A stretch of 64,000 bases of DNA from Eledone cirrhosa (lineage: Eukaryota): positions 55,862,001 to 55,926,000 of the forward strand of contig OZ024746.1 of NCBI GenBank assembly GCA_964016885.1, written 5' to 3'. This document shows positions 13,190-27,685 of the stretch, piece after piece. The stretch's first letter is position 1. Each line of letters begins with the position of its first letter. A model generated the notes under the pieces. That model had not been told where the DNA came from, did not search any database, and was given only the letters and a program-made list of their open reading frames with translations. The position numbers were made by a program, and so were the translations under genes.

Positions 13190-16100
13190 ATATGCCGCTA
13201 CTCACTACGTCAGAGGCTATGCACACGTAGCGACTGTATGTTTACCCATTTACCGGGTACTAGGCGCACTAACACTGCCGTCCAACAGCAAAGCACGCTG
13301 CCCTCACGTATAGGTCGCAGTCCCAAACTCTGCCAACATTTCCACCGTGAGAAGCTATGTCTGCTGACTGACTGTCCCTTCACTCATCTTCCTGGGACAC
13401 AACGCACGAACAGAAAAGGGGCTCCATGCCAACCCACAAAAACCACAATGCTGCGGTAATGCTGCTCCAGTTTCCTCACAAAGACATGATTACAACAACA
13501 AAAGCAATGCTACTCCAGTCTTTTCACAAACACACGATTACAACAACAACAACTACAACAACAACAAACAGTACGCTGCTTCAGTCTTTTCACAAAGAGA
13601 CAATTACAACAAATACAACAACAACAAGAAAAGAGGGAACTGCAACCCTATCCAATGTTGTAAACACAAATCCAATCAAAAACTGCTCCCTGAACAAAAA
13701 AATCTTTCTTTTTTAGCCATAAACCTGGCAAAAGAGATAGATAAAAACATTTTAGCCATCACCCAACACCAGCCTTGCTGTCACTAACACACTATTACAA
13801 AACAAGCCCCCTGCAACAGTCAAAACCAGCCATCACACTAGCCTCCACATTCTTACTCAATACAGAAGGTATCAGCCCATCCATCAATGCACAGAAATGG
13901 AAGATCCAATTCATTGACGATCGGGTTGGTAACCATCCATTTCACATCCCTTTCTTCAATCTTAGTGAGATCCACCTTGACAACTCCCGCTTGGAGGCCG
14001 AAGTAAAAGTGAGAAATTTCACAACACTCCGTGCGGATCGTGTTGGCAAAGGAAGGGTAGAACTGCCATGTTCCTGCATGATTCCTTTACAATAGACGTT
14101 AACACAACATTCTCTAATGGATACTGTGAATCAGTCACTGTGCACAATAAAGCCTGTGACCTGACATTAGTTGGGCTCTATAGGCCACCACAAACACCCA
14201 TAATCTGCTTCAAAGAATGCCTCAACAGTATTAACTGCTTTATTAAACAGTGCCATTCTAGCAACATACTTTTGATGGGAGAATTTAATCTACCATGTGT
14301 CGATTGGTCTACATGTAGTTGGACACCAGGCTCCACAGCCTCAACCACTGACAAAGAGGCTGTCGAGTCACTTCTTGACTTCATGAATGAGTTTTTCTTG
14401 TCCCAACTTGTCCTTGCACCAACGAGGCATCAGAAGAACATTCTGTATCTAGTGTTTAGTAACCACACTAACACTATGCATAATATTACAGTGGAAAAAA
14501 CCCTTCTCTCAGACCATACATGGCTCTTTGAAACCTGAGATTCCACCAGCCGAAAGCTAATCCCAGGGCCCTCTTTCCGGCCCACCCATTTTATAACATG
14601 GATATCTACAATGTCAACTGGGATGCAATTATGAACGAACTATCTCATATCGACTGTTTTTTTACACGCGCACACACTTCCACCAACATCAAAACATCTT
14701 GACAGATCTTTGTAGACACTGTCACAAATATATGTACAAAACACACCCCACCAAAATCTGTGAACGAAACCAAGTGTAGTATCGCCCAAAACAGAAAAAC
14801 AATTATCAAAAAAATAAAAAGAACAAACAAAAAAATTAACACAGTAAAATGCTGCCAACAACATCACCCACATTCAATGGTTATCACCCTGCTTGAGTCG
14901 AAAAAATATAACCTCCAGCAATGCTTGATGACAATTATCAATAACCAGAGAATAGCTGAAGAGAGGTGTTCCATTGAGAAAATCAAACTCAACCCCAAAG
15001 TATTCTTTTCATTTGATAAAAAACACATGGTCACCGTCTCCACTGTTGGCCCCCTAGTTGATGAAAATGGCACACTCCAAGACAATGCCAAAACCATGAG
15101 CGAGATACTGCACAAACAATACTGCTCTGTTTTCAGCAATCCTGATATGGCCGATGTGGGCCGTATCAGTGATGTTAATCCCCAACACACTATATCAGAC
15201 ATAACGTTTGGCGCCCCTGATGTCTTAGCGGCAATAAACGAAATTAAACGCAATTCAGCAGTAGGCCCCGACAGGTTCTCTGCTTGTGATCTGAAGGTGT
15301 GTCGACACCAACTTGCATCTCCTCTTGCTAATCTGTGGAGGAACTCTCTGGACACTGGCTATATTCCTGAAAACTTGCTGTCCCAGTCCATAGTCCCGGT
15401 CTTCACAAAGGGAAATAAGTCACTTGCAGTGAACTACCGTCCGATCTCACTCACCTCTCATGTTATCAAAGTATTTGTGAGGGCGGTGAGATCACGAATA
15501 ACCCACTTTCTTGAAAGCAACGGTCTGCTGAACTCCAAACAACATGGGTTCCTTAATGCAAGGGCCTGCCTAACGCAGCTCCTGCATCACGTTGACGATG
15601 TTTTGAGAGCCTTGAGAGAGGGCTCCAACACTGATGTCATTTACCTTGATTTCAGCCAGGCCTTCGTCAGGCTTGATCATAAGATTCTAATGAAAAAACT
15701 ATCCAATATTGGTGTCTCTGGAAGGTTACTACAGTGGATCAAATGTTTCCTGACATGTAGAACCCAGCATGTTTTAGTCGAAGGAGTAAAATCAAGCCCT
15801 GCCAAAGTCAGCAGTGGCGTCACACAAGTCACTGTGTTGGGACAACTTCTTTTCATCATCTACATTAATGACATTACTGATATCATCAAGCAGATCAACA
15901 TCAGAATCTTTGCAGATGATTCCAAGCCCCAAAGGATCATCAATGAGGTGGCTGACCGGACTTACCTTCAGTCAGACGTACTGGCTGTTATCCAATGGGC
16001 AGAAATGAATATGCTGTTGAGTGATGATAAATTTGAATTAATCAACTTTGGAAAAAAGGATGCCCTGAAACTACCATACTCTCTTCCTTCGGGTGAAACT

Positions 16101-16860
16101 CTAGTGGGATCCAATAACATCAGAGACATGGGAGTAATTGTGGACAACAACATATGCTGGGCTAACTCATAAACAGCAAAGTTGATATGACCCGCAGACT
16201 GAGTTCCTGGATTCTCAGAACTTGCCAGTCGAGAGATATCCACACTGTTATCCTTCGCTTCTCCCTTTTTGCCCAACCCCACCTTGAATACTGTTGTCCA
16301 CTGTGGTCACTCCACACGAAACAAAGTATCATGAAAGTTGAAGCACCCGAAAGGTAAATTACAAAAAAGATAGATGGTATCACAGGCCTTGATAATTGAA
16401 ATCGATTAGAAAAGTTCAAACTTTATTCTCTCCAACGACGCCCTGAGCGTTACATTATCTATATGATGTGGAAAATATTCCATCAGCTTTGCCCAAATGA
16501 TGTTGAGATCACCTTTAGCGTACACCCAAGGCTTGGGTCCCGTGCTATCCGTCCACGACAGAAATCTCACTCGCATCACATAACAACAATACGGCACAAT
16601 TATTTCACCTCAATTGGCCCTGCACTCTTTAACATTACACCAAAACACATCAAAGCAGAGACCGACCCCATCACGTTCAAGAAGTCTTTGGATAAATTCC
16701 TTCAAGAAATCCCGGATAAGCCTGCTACAGCCGGATATGCCTCCGTAAACAATAACTCTCTGCTCGAGTGGACCATGGTGTCCAAACACTGAATTGTAAG
16801 ACTTCGCCAGGTGGTGCTATTAAGTTAGACATGGCCTAGACCGAAACCTTGTCAAAGTAT
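13190..16860 (+). mobile_element. Decayed near-full-length non-LTR retrotransposon (Cys/His ORF1 remnant, APE endonuclease, RT; CR1/Proto2-like)
   Basis: PKLCQHF...CLLTDCPFTHLPGT (ORF1 zinc-finger-like); EN motifs LSEIHL, LYRPP, MGEFNLP, LSDH; RT motifs NYRPISLTSH, YLDFSQAF, GVTQVTVLG, FADDSK; C-terminal YSLQRR..RY, NNNSL; several stops and frameshifts. Confidence 0.9.
14760..16172 (+). pseudogene. LINE reverse transcriptase, longest uninterrupted segment (470 aa)
   Basis: ORF track; RT motifs as above with degraded catalytic-adjacent residues. Confidence 0.85.
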
Positions 16861-16875
16861 ATATTCACATATATT

Positions 16876-16910
<35 letters not shown>

Positions 16911-17109
16911 GTGAATATTTGCCAGCGAACGTTACCACGAATCAAAGTATCGTCTTCCTGTCTTCCTGCGGTTGCAACGTTTTTTGAAATATCCAGTTCT
17001 GCGTTTACAGATTGACTTTGTTAGTTTCAGAAGATCCCGTTAAGGGTGAAAGCAGCGATTCTTTGCTTAAACTTTAATCTGTTATTTTAATAAATATATA
17101 TATATATAA

Positions 17110-17515
17110 GTTGAAAAAAAAAAATGAAAACGAAATTTCATATACTTTCGAACGTTCAACTATCTGGCAGATGGGTAAACGGTGCTGAAGATAGCTAACA
17201 AGCTTGAAACTAGTACATCGTTCCTGTGTCAGTGTTGAACAAAAAGGTGACGTGGTTGCCTTAACACCGTATGGCATAAATTCAGGCTGTTCAGTTTTGT
17301 TTACAAACGAACAAAGCGGCGTTATAATAAGCGTCCGCTAAACTGATGCGTGCATATATGTATGTGTACCTGTATGTATATATGTATGTATATGTATATA
17401 TATATATATATGTTTATATATATATATATATATGCATGCTACTGTACGTCTGTATACATATATGTATGTACGTATACATACATACTTACATTTATATATA
17501 TATGTATGTACACAG
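17110..17515. repeat. Copy of the 9505/42490 repeat family, inverted relative to 42490-42850
   Basis: GTGTCAGTGTTGAACAAAAAGGTGACGTGGTTGCCTTAACACCGTA is the reverse complement of ~42741-42787. Confidence 0.8.
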
Positions 17516-17519
17516 GTAA

Positions 17520-17959
17520 GCATTAAGAGAAGGATTTTATCCAGGTATTTACGACCGTTTTATTGGTAAGTGTAACCTTATATTGCTATAGTGCAAATAG
17601 CAGCCACTCAATAATAATTGTTGTTCACAGTACACATTTTCAAAATAGCAAGTTACTCTTAAAATAATTCTTAATATATAGAGAAAAAAATTTATTTGGA
17701 ATTGTATTTACTAGTATAGATAGACAGGAATCAGAAGCTGAGGAGACAAACGGAATAGTATAGAGAGAGAGGAAGGGGGAGGAGGTAGGAAGTAGAGTGA
17801 CAAACTGAGATGGAGGGAGGGGTAGAGGTGGAAGTATTCCTTGGTCAGTTTTGATAGCAGACTTCATGTCGTGGAATGTAGTGAGTTAAAGAGAATTAAA
17901 TTGATCATAGTGGGAGGGATGGATAGAAAGGGAGAGAGAGAGGGGGCAGATATAAAGAG

Positions 17960-17995
<36 letters not shown>

Positions 17996-18610
17996 AAGAT
18001 AAAGATAATAATGACAAAAATAAATTCAATGAAGGAGGTGAGAAAGAAGAAAAGAAAAGATAGCCAAGAACGGGAGGGAAGGAAGGAAGAAAACGAAGAA
18101 ATAGAAGAGGAATGAGGGAGAAGAGGGGGATATATGTATTGGTTTTGTGGGTAATTAAAAGGGTTTAGATACAACATGAGGGTATAAAGTCTAAGTATAT
18201 GCAGTTTGTCAGTTGGTAGTAAGAGGTTAAGGGTTCGATTTGTAGTGCGAAAACTTCTCTTTGAGTCTATGGTTAGAATAAATTGATCTTTCGATTTTAT
18301 TGTTGAGTAACTTATTCTCCGAACTTAAGATGTGGAACAGCTCAAGGTCGCATAATCGACAGCTTCTCATATCACTCCGATATGGGGGCGCGTTAGATAA
18401 TTTTTTCCACTTCAGGGTGTATTGATGGTTACTTTCCCTCAGTTGCCAGGTCTTGTTTGCAAGGGTAGTTAGATAACGGTGCTGGGAATGTTTCATTGCG
18501 TAACGGTGTGTATACCAACGGGCTTTAAATGTATTCCCGGTCGCTCCGATGTAATACCATTTCTGGTTGTCTGATTCCACTGTGCATTGGTAAACCAGGT
18601 TAAACTGCAT
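17520..18610 (-). mobile_element. 5'-truncated PLE: GIY-YIG endonuclease C-terminus plus 3' UTR
   Basis: ORF 18227-18610: NLVYQCTV...WYYIGATGNTFKARWYTH...TTLA...W...CRLCDLE...LLN.K.E; homologous to the C-terminus of 21582-22860. Confidence 0.85.
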
Positions 18611-19980
18611 CGCATTCAGTAACCATCATAAACTAAGACAGTATAACTCCCACACCGCGGTACCACCACCCCTATCAAGTACACCACGCCACTACACCAA
18701 TAATTACTCTAGTAGCACACCTCCCCCATCTAATCCTTCTAGCACTGACCTACCGCTTAGGTTGAACTACCCTACTCTCACTAACCGCAGAAGCAACTGC
18801 ACCTGTCGTTACCCTATTGCATGCCCATTAAATGGACACTGCCTGACACCCAACATAGTCTATAGGTGCACGGTTAAAACTGCTTCGAATACCAGCTCTT
18901 ATATCGGGTCAACCTCTAACCCTTTTAAGGTACGCTATAACGCGCACTCTTTTTCCTTCCGAGACCATAACAACAGATGTTCGACATCGCTAGCTAGGCT
19001 CATTAAAAACCTTAAATTAAGCAACGTTCAACACTCACTAAAATGGGATATCGTGGCTAGGGCCCAACCGTTCCATGGACGAAAAAATCTTGTGATCTAT
19101 GTATTACAGAAGCATATTACATAACTCCATCACGACCTCTACCGATTAACGATAGAACGGAGGAAACTATTAGCTGTCAACATCGAAGGGCTAATTCCTT
19201 CGCCAATAGAATATTTGACCCAACTTAGTCATCTAGCCCCATTTTTACTTGTAGCTAATAAGTTAAATAGCTATGACTAACTTAGATAATTATAAGTTAC
19301 CTCCCCTACATTGTCTCTCAATTAAAAAAAATTAAAATTAGCACTTAATTATAAACTACCCACAATTTCTAATCTCTCGAGGAGTTACTTCCCCTGAAAC
19401 CACCCTCTAATTAGTAAGGTACATATGTCCTTTCGCAGCCATCTTGTTACCCATAGGTAGATCTCACACAATGCAGCCTCGACAGATGAATACTGCTTGA
19501 TTATGGCTGACAACTGATGCAACCAAGACGCCATAGTGAAAAACCAATATATGGAACATTATATTATGTAACATTCTCTCATTATTTTAATTTATACGTC
19601 CCTTTACCATCTGAGTTCAAATCCCGCCGAGGTTGACTTTGCCTTTCATCCTTACGGGGTCGATAAAACAAAGTACCAGTAATGCACTGGGTAATTGCTG
19701 GCCTTGTGCCTAACGTAAAAACAATTATTTTAATTTATATTCCTTTGAAGTTCCGATGAGCAGCTCTGTTTTTTAAATATGTTAATTATTTTAAACTGGA
19801 CCACATCAATTATGATATATAGTCATCTGATCCAGAAATATTATATGGAGTAGCGAAACAATTGTAAACGGACATTATTATTATTATTCGTACATTCTTT
19901 TCATCAAACTAAAATATGTTGACAATCTTTTAATAATTTCTTACTGGTGAAATTTGTGGTCTGGTTTTGCGTAACTAATG
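18611..19980 (+). mobile_element. 5'-truncated PLE: Cys cluster + GIY-YIG (frameshifted), 3' UTR with hammerhead-like motif, interrupted by a SINE
   Basis: CTCRYPIACPLNGHCLTPNIVYRCTV...YIGSTSNPFKVRYNAH; CCGATGA (19753)...GAAA (19855)-CAATTG-TA. Confidence 0.82.
19610..19728 (+). mobile_element. 5'-truncated SINE copy
   Basis: GAGTTCAAATCCCGCCGAGGTTGACTTTGCCTTTCATCC...AAACAATTAT. Confidence 0.85.
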
Positions 19981-20024
19981 AATATATATATATATATTTA
20001 TATATATATATATACATATATATA

Positions 20025-20096
<72 letters not shown>

Positions 20097-20160
20097 CATA
20101 TTTATATATATTCACATAAATATATATATTCACATATATATATATATATATATATATATC

Positions 20161-20208
<48 letters not shown>

Positions 20209-20356
20209 CATATATATATATATATATATATATCCACACACGCATATATATATATATATATATATATATTCACATATATATATATTCACACATATATATA
20301 TATTCAAATAAATATATTTATATATATATTCATATATATATATATTCATATATATG

Positions 20357-20448
<92 letters not shown>

Positions 20449-20472
20449 TATATATATATATTCATATATATG

Positions 20473-20530
<58 letters not shown>

Positions 20531-20538
20531 TATATATG

Positions 20539-20571
<33 letters not shown>

Positions 20572-20582
20572 TCATATATATG

Positions 20583-20615
<33 letters not shown>

Positions 20616-20686
20616 TCATATATATATATATTCACATATATGTATATAAATATATATTCATATATATATATATATTCATATATATG

Positions 20687-20719
<33 letters not shown>

Positions 20720-20730
20720 TCATATATATG

Positions 20731-20779
<49 letters not shown>

Positions 20780-20789
20780 CATATATATG

Positions 20790-20849
<60 letters not shown>

Positions 20850-20894
20850 TATATGTGTATATAAATATAAATAAATATATATATATATATATAT

Positions 20895-22852
20895 AGAATT
20901 AGATAATTTGTATTCCAATGTTACTAAGTAGTTGCATTTGATGGAGTCAACTGACGTCAGAGATTGCTCAACGTATAATAAAGTGTGTTTTAAAATCCGG
21001 AGAAAATATGAGAAAAAATTTACGAAATGGAAATGCGGGTATATTGTATTTATTAGGTAACAATTGTTTCTATAGTGTATGAGTTACCTATACCTCGCTA
21101 TTTGAATAATACACAAATATTATCAAAAACCGAAAGTACACTGTAAGCCAACACACCATGTCATCAGACCTTTGTATTAGAATGATAAGAAAATATGTTA
21201 TACACTAGATAAAAGATAAAGAAGGAGGTAGGAAGAGAAGGGGAAGAGGGAAGTGAGTAAGGTGGAGGGAGTCTTAGGGTTTAAGATTGTCAGACTAGTA
21301 GAGATTGTGAAGAGAGAATGTTTTGGCAGCAGTTAGCTTAATGAGGCGTGCTACGGTTGGCTGGGAAGTAGATACTTCTAGTGGTGTTGTTCGGACAAAA
21401 TTTAGTTAGATGGGTCAAAGTGGTACAATGTCACAGACAAGTTATTAGGGCTATTATAGTAGCAGGTTATTTCTAAAGGGGTCCAGAAAAACAGTGTTTA
21501 GTACTATTATTATAGAAAGCCATATCTAGTGTATAAGCATATAAGACAGAAATTTGCAAACGTTGGTGTAAAAAGGTAACATTATATGCATTTAAAAAAA
21601 GAAAAAGTCGTTTTCAAACGATGGTTACAGTGTAGAGAACGTTCAATTTTGCTGTTCAAAAGTTTGTTTACCGACGTTAAAATGCAGTATATCTCTAAAT
21701 TGCATAACTTGCAGAATCGATGATTTTGCTGATATGCAGGCGCAGCTGCAATAATTTGCCAATCAAGGGAGAACGCTTGATTGTTCCTCCGAAGCTGCCA
21801 GGCTTTATCGGCGAGGGTTGTTACGGAGCGCATTTTCTCGTGCCTGATCGAAGATCGATGTTGGTATAGGCGAGCCTTGAAAGAAGTTGCGGTACATCCG
21901 ACGTAATACCATTTGTTGATCCCGGAATTTATTGTACACCGGTAGACAATATTGCGTGCTAGGCACTGGTTATTCAGTGGGCACGTACCTGGTTTGGTGC
22001 AGTTACAACTATGTTTATGTTTTGCAGTAGAATCCTGGATAGTTTGGTGGGGTTGCGGTTGCGTGTTAGTGCGTTGCATGTTGCTATGCTGGTGCGCTGA
22101 GTCATTAGGGATGTACTTATTCAGTATTGCTGAGTTGAGTTTTCTAATTAGTTGTTCTATATTAGGTGCAGTGGAGTATGAGAGTCTAATGGTGCGCGAG
22201 TTAAAGATTTTATAGTATTTATGTGAAGTTGTAAAGTGTTTATTGATTAGTGTATAGAATTGTGAGATAATCTTAGTGCTAATAGAAGAATTGTACACGG
22301 GGTTATACCATATGTACTCTCTACGTCTGACTCTATTTGCTGGTTTGCACCTGTTAGTATGCCTATTGATGTGTGTGTGTGGTGCAATACTAGTTCGACT
22401 TAGATGTGTTTTATTCATAGTACTTATGTGGTTATCGTCTAGATATTCAATTTTCTCGCAGTAACTTGCTTTTCTAAGTGCGTCATTATAATATTCAGCA
22501 TGCTCGTTGAAGGTCTGCAAATTAGACGACAGTCGGGAGATCCTTATGGATATATTTCTAGGGATAGATTTAATAATGGAATGAGGATGGTTCGATTTTA
22601 CATTAACGTACTTAAGATTTTCATTAAGTTTGTGAAATGGCTCTATATTACCGTTATTAAGGTTGAAGGTAACATCCAAGAAGTTGACCACCTTAAGATT
22701 GTGTTCAAAGGTAATATTAAGCCCTAGTTCTAAGAAAAGTTTCCTAATGTTTTTACGTCGCCTTTCTAGGTTTTGTTTGTTCATATTCTTGACTAATAGA
22801 AGTGTATCGTCGCGGTATATTCCGCCGTGGAGGTCCGTAAATTCGCTCTGGA
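20895..22852 (-). mobile_element. 5'-truncated PLE (RT C-terminal half + CxC-x5-CP-x4-C + GIY-YIG; Hydra/Nematis-like, clade uncertain)
   Basis: ORF to 21582: IYRDD, VNFLDVTFNL, SNHP, IWYNP, CNCTKPGTCPLNNQCL..NIVY, YYVGCT..FKAR..H, CKLCNLE; minus-strand hammerhead core (TCATCAG 21161-21167; TTTC ~21067 preceded by CAATTG). Confidence 0.88.
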
Positions 22853-23512
22853 GTGTACATAGGTGAGACAGCTCGTAGTATAGCGGAACGGATAAATGAA
22901 CACTGGCGAGACCTTCAAGATAGTAAACTATCATCTGTACTCTACCAACATGCTAAAATAGAACATAAGTGTAAATTAGAGAACATAGAAATCAAAATAG
23001 AATCTACACACATAAAAGACACAATGTTTAGACAAATCATAGAGGCAATAAACATAAATGAATTACAAGCAAAATTAAAAAGACAACATGAGTGGAACAG
23101 CAACATCACAGCTTACAATTAAGGACAAAATGAAAACACGTAGGCAAATAGAACAAACAACACACCAGTAACATGTAAATAAACAAATAAATAAACGAAT
23201 ATAAATACACACAGACACCCGGATGTAACACATACGCAAACTAAGCACACAACACACACAACAAGATAGCGTAGAACAGAGCAAAGGAGAGGCACAAAAA
23301 TACAAAGAAAATAATCCCCAGTCACTGAAGAGGTCACGGAATGTGCGACGAAATAACTTTGACACTATATAAACAACCATCTGGTTGTGGAACCAACCAA
23401 CCAACCGGAAATTTATAAATTCCTAAATTTATAAATTTATTATAATAAATTGAAGTGAAACAGATGGTGCGTGTGTTTCTTATTGCCAACATGACCCTCC
23501 CAAAGTATTGTA
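22853..23512 (+). mobile_element. 5'-truncated Naiad-like PLE 3' end (GIY-YIG C-terminus, UTR, hammerhead-like core)
   Basis: YIGETARSIAERINEHW..L...SVLYQHA...RQI.EA..I...KL...EWN is homologous to the end of ORF 29912-33154; CTGAAGA (23325)-GTC..GAC-GAAA (23350); shares terminal ATGACCCTCCC(C)AAA with 33664. Confidence 0.85.
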
Positions 23513-23543
23513 ATATATATATATATTCATATATATATATATT

Positions 23544-23584
<41 letters not shown>

Positions 23585-23586
<2 letters not shown>

Positions 23587-23845
23587 GATATTAAACAAAT
23601 GGAAACTATATTTATAAAACCATATTTATTTCATTATACATATTTCAGGGATACCACATTAAAAATATGGCATGCCTTCTTCAGATAAAATACAATATAT
23701 AAGCAGTTTTACAAATAAATTTGACGTACAATAAAAATATTGATAAACTTCCATTTAAAAAAGTTGGTTTGGTAGTGCTTCATATCAGTTATTACAAAAT
23801 ATTTACTCGTTGTAACCCAACAATTTTAAATAAAACTTTTGCATG
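23585..23845 (-). mobile_element. Short hammerhead-bearing terminus, same family as 10655-10872
   Basis: Reverse complement reads CTGAAGA-AGGCATGCCA...TGGTATCCCT-GAAA-TATGTA-TA. Confidence 0.7.
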
Positions 23846-23999
23846 TATATATATATATTTATTTATTCTGCTCAGAAGCGATTCTTAGAGCTGAAATGGT
23901 TGTAAATGACCCCATTGAGTGTAAACTCTAAGCTATATATATATATATATATATTCATATATATATATTCATATATATATATATATATATATTCATATA

Positions 24000-24465
24000 A
24001 TATATGAGATCAAAAGATGGTTAAAGGAGTTCCATGTATTTTATTATGCGCATTTCAAAAACAAACATCATCATGCAATAATATTTGTGTTTTCATCAGA
24101 TAAGACAGGAGGACATGATATGAAGGCTAAAAAACACTTGTGGATAGTGCAGTTTTAAATCAACATATGAAAAGTAACTTTAGATTGATGTGTGATATTG
24201 GGAAAAATATTTTATTTAGAGAGAGAGGGGGGGGAAGGATGTAAAAAGGGGAGGAGATGAGAGTGAAGTTGGAGAGGGAGAGATGGGTGATAGAGAGAAA
24301 GAGATAGATTTTATAACTGAGAAAAGTTATATTGTTTTACATAGAGAGGTTGAAAACCGTTGATCTTATATATTATGTATACTCCAGTCCTACAAACTGT
24401 AGAGTGCTTCTTATCCGATATCTGCATTGCTTTATTGTACTACAATAAAACTCACCTCCTACATA
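24000..24465. mobile_element. Copy of the 11330-11580 family with minus-strand hammerhead (24035-24105) and a direct-orientation terminal segment (24360-24465)
   Basis: 24005-24157 is the reverse complement of ~11340-11490; 24360-24462 matches 11483-11580 directly. Confidence 0.7.
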
Positions 24466-24562
24466 TATATTCATATATATAGATATTCATATATATATAT
24501 ATACATGTATATATATATATATATATATTCATATATATATATTCATATATATATATATATTC

Positions 24563-24615
<53 letters not shown>

Positions 24616-24635
24616 TATATATATATATATATATA

Positions 24636-24685
<50 letters not shown>

Positions 24686-24798
24686 TATATATTTATTATT
24701 TATTATATCACGGCTCTGTCCTCAGACATCGAGCTAACCTTATACTGCCTGCTGGATAAGTGGAGTGTTATACACCCCTGATCCTCTCCCTAGTATAC

Positions 24799-24841
<43 letters not shown>

Positions 24842-25196
24842 GTATATTCATATATATATATATATATTCATATATATATATATATATATATATGATAAAC
24901 ACGAAATGTGTTTATATTGCAACAGACAAAGTTAACTAATAATGAAATAAACTAATTAAAGTGAATACAATTTGTCTGTCTCGATATAAGTCAATAAAGA
25001 CAAGCTTATATTTTATATGTTATATGTTTATATGTTTATCATATATTTTAAATGTATTTAACTGCTCGGAGAGAGCCCCTTCCTGGAGTTTAGTTATTGT
25101 AAACGACTGAGAGTTTATTCTCAAAATATAATATAATATATATATATATATATTCATATATATATATATATATATTCATATATATATATATATATA

Positions 25197-25234
<38 letters not shown>

Positions 25235-25268
25235 CATATATATATTCATATATATTTATATATATTTA

Positions 25269-25340
<72 letters not shown>

Positions 25341-25344
25341 ATCA

Positions 25345-25412
<68 letters not shown>

Positions 25413-25415
<3 letters not shown>

Positions 25416-26036
25416 TTAATATAGATGAGATTCTACAGGACTAGAACTGTTTCATTCATTAGAAATCATCAGGAATCTTGGTATCAAAAAATAAATATGG
25501 TATTTATAGGTCTCTACAAGTGGTAGGAGAGGGTGGGGAGTGGGATGGGTGCAGGTCATTGGTTGATAGAAAAGGGAATTCATTAAAAGCTAATTCTACA
25601 AAGCTATAGTTTATTTTTATTTATTTATGTTTTTAGAGTAACAAGGGCAGACAGAATTCTATAAACAGGTTCCGGATGGCATACCATTCCTTGTCATTAA
25701 GTTTCTCTTAAGCTAACAGGTGTCTATAAAATCAGTGGGGGGGTCAGTCATGGTCGATAGAATTAAAGAAAAGGGAGATTCTTTAAAAGCTAAAGTCATT
25801 AAGGTTCTACTAAGTGACAAATGTCTAGAGAATTCTGCAGACAGATTCAAAATACTGAGTGCATATCTTACTATTATCTTCGAACTTCTCTTAAACTAAT
25901 CAACTATATGCCAAAAATCAACAGACACATTCACAAAAAAACAAAAAACCACATACTCACTCACACACTTACGCGCAACCATAAACACACACACATATAT
26001 AAAAATATATATTCATGTACACACACATACATACAC

Positions 26037-26102
<66 letters not shown>

Positions 26103-26195
26103 TTGTGTATATATGTGTGTGTGTGTGTATGTATGTGTATGTGTGTGTGTATGTGTATATATTTATATATGTGTGTGTGTATATATGTGTATATA

Positions 26196-26242
<47 letters not shown>

Positions 26243-26972
26243 GTGTGTATGTATGTGTGTGTACATGAATATATATTTTTAGATTTTTATATATGTGTGT
26301 GTGTTTTTATGTGTGTATATGTGTTTGTGTGTGTGTTTATGGTTGCGCGTAAGTGTGTGAGTGAGTATGTGGTTTTTTGTTTTTTTGTGAATGTGTCTGT
26401 TGATTTTTGGCATATAGTTGATTAGTTTAAGAGAAGTTCGAAGATAATAGTAAGATATGCACTCAGTATTTTGAATCTGTCTGCAGAATTCTCTAGACCT
26501 TTGTCACTTAGTAGAACCTTAATGACTTTAGCTTTTAAAGAATCTCCCTTTTCTTTAATTCTATCGACCATGACTGACTCCCCACTGATTTTATAGACAC
26601 CTGTTAGCTTAAGAGAAACTTAATGACAAGGAATGGTATGCCATCCGGAACCTGTTTATAGAATTCTGTCTGCCCTTGTTACTCTAAAAACATAAATAAA
26701 TAAAAATAAACTATAGCTTTGTAGAATTAGCTTTTAATGAATTCCCTTTTCTATCAACCAATGACCTGCACCCATCTCACTCCCCACCCTCTCCTACCAC
26801 TTGTAGAGACCTATAAATACCATATTTATTTTTTGATACCCAGATTCCTGATGATTTCTAATGAATGAAACAGTTCTAGTCCTGTAGAATCTCATCTATA
26901 TTAAAACTTTTATACTCTGCTATGTATTGAGTACCTTACTTACTGTGGTTACCTCCGATTCAACCCGGAATA
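25413..26972. mobile_element. ~1.5-kb non-coding fold-back element with a hammerhead near each end and a ~65-bp tail on the right arm only
   Basis: 25413-~26075 is the near-perfect reverse complement of ~26200-26906; GATTC-CTGATGA (26848)-TTTCTAATGAAT-GAAA-C..GTC..GAATC, mirrored at 25428-25478. Confidence 0.85.
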
Positions 26973-26974
26973 AC

Positions 26975-27135
<161 letters not shown>

Positions 27136-27147
27136 TATATATATATG

Positions 27148-27255
<108 letters not shown>

Positions 27256-27257
27256 TT

Positions 27258-27310
<53 letters not shown>

Positions 27311-27313
27311 ATT

Positions 27314-27370
<57 letters not shown>

Positions 27371-27371
27371 T

Positions 27372-27402
<31 letters not shown>

Positions 27403-27403
27403 T

Positions 27404-27456
<53 letters not shown>

Positions 27457-27457
27457 T

Positions 27458-27510
<53 letters not shown>

Positions 27511-27511
27511 T

Positions 27512-27580
<69 letters not shown>

Positions 27581-27637
27581 TTATATATATATATATTTAT
27601 ATATATATTTATATATATATATATTTATATATATATT

Positions 27638-27674
<37 letters not shown>

Positions 27675-27685
27675 TTATATATATA

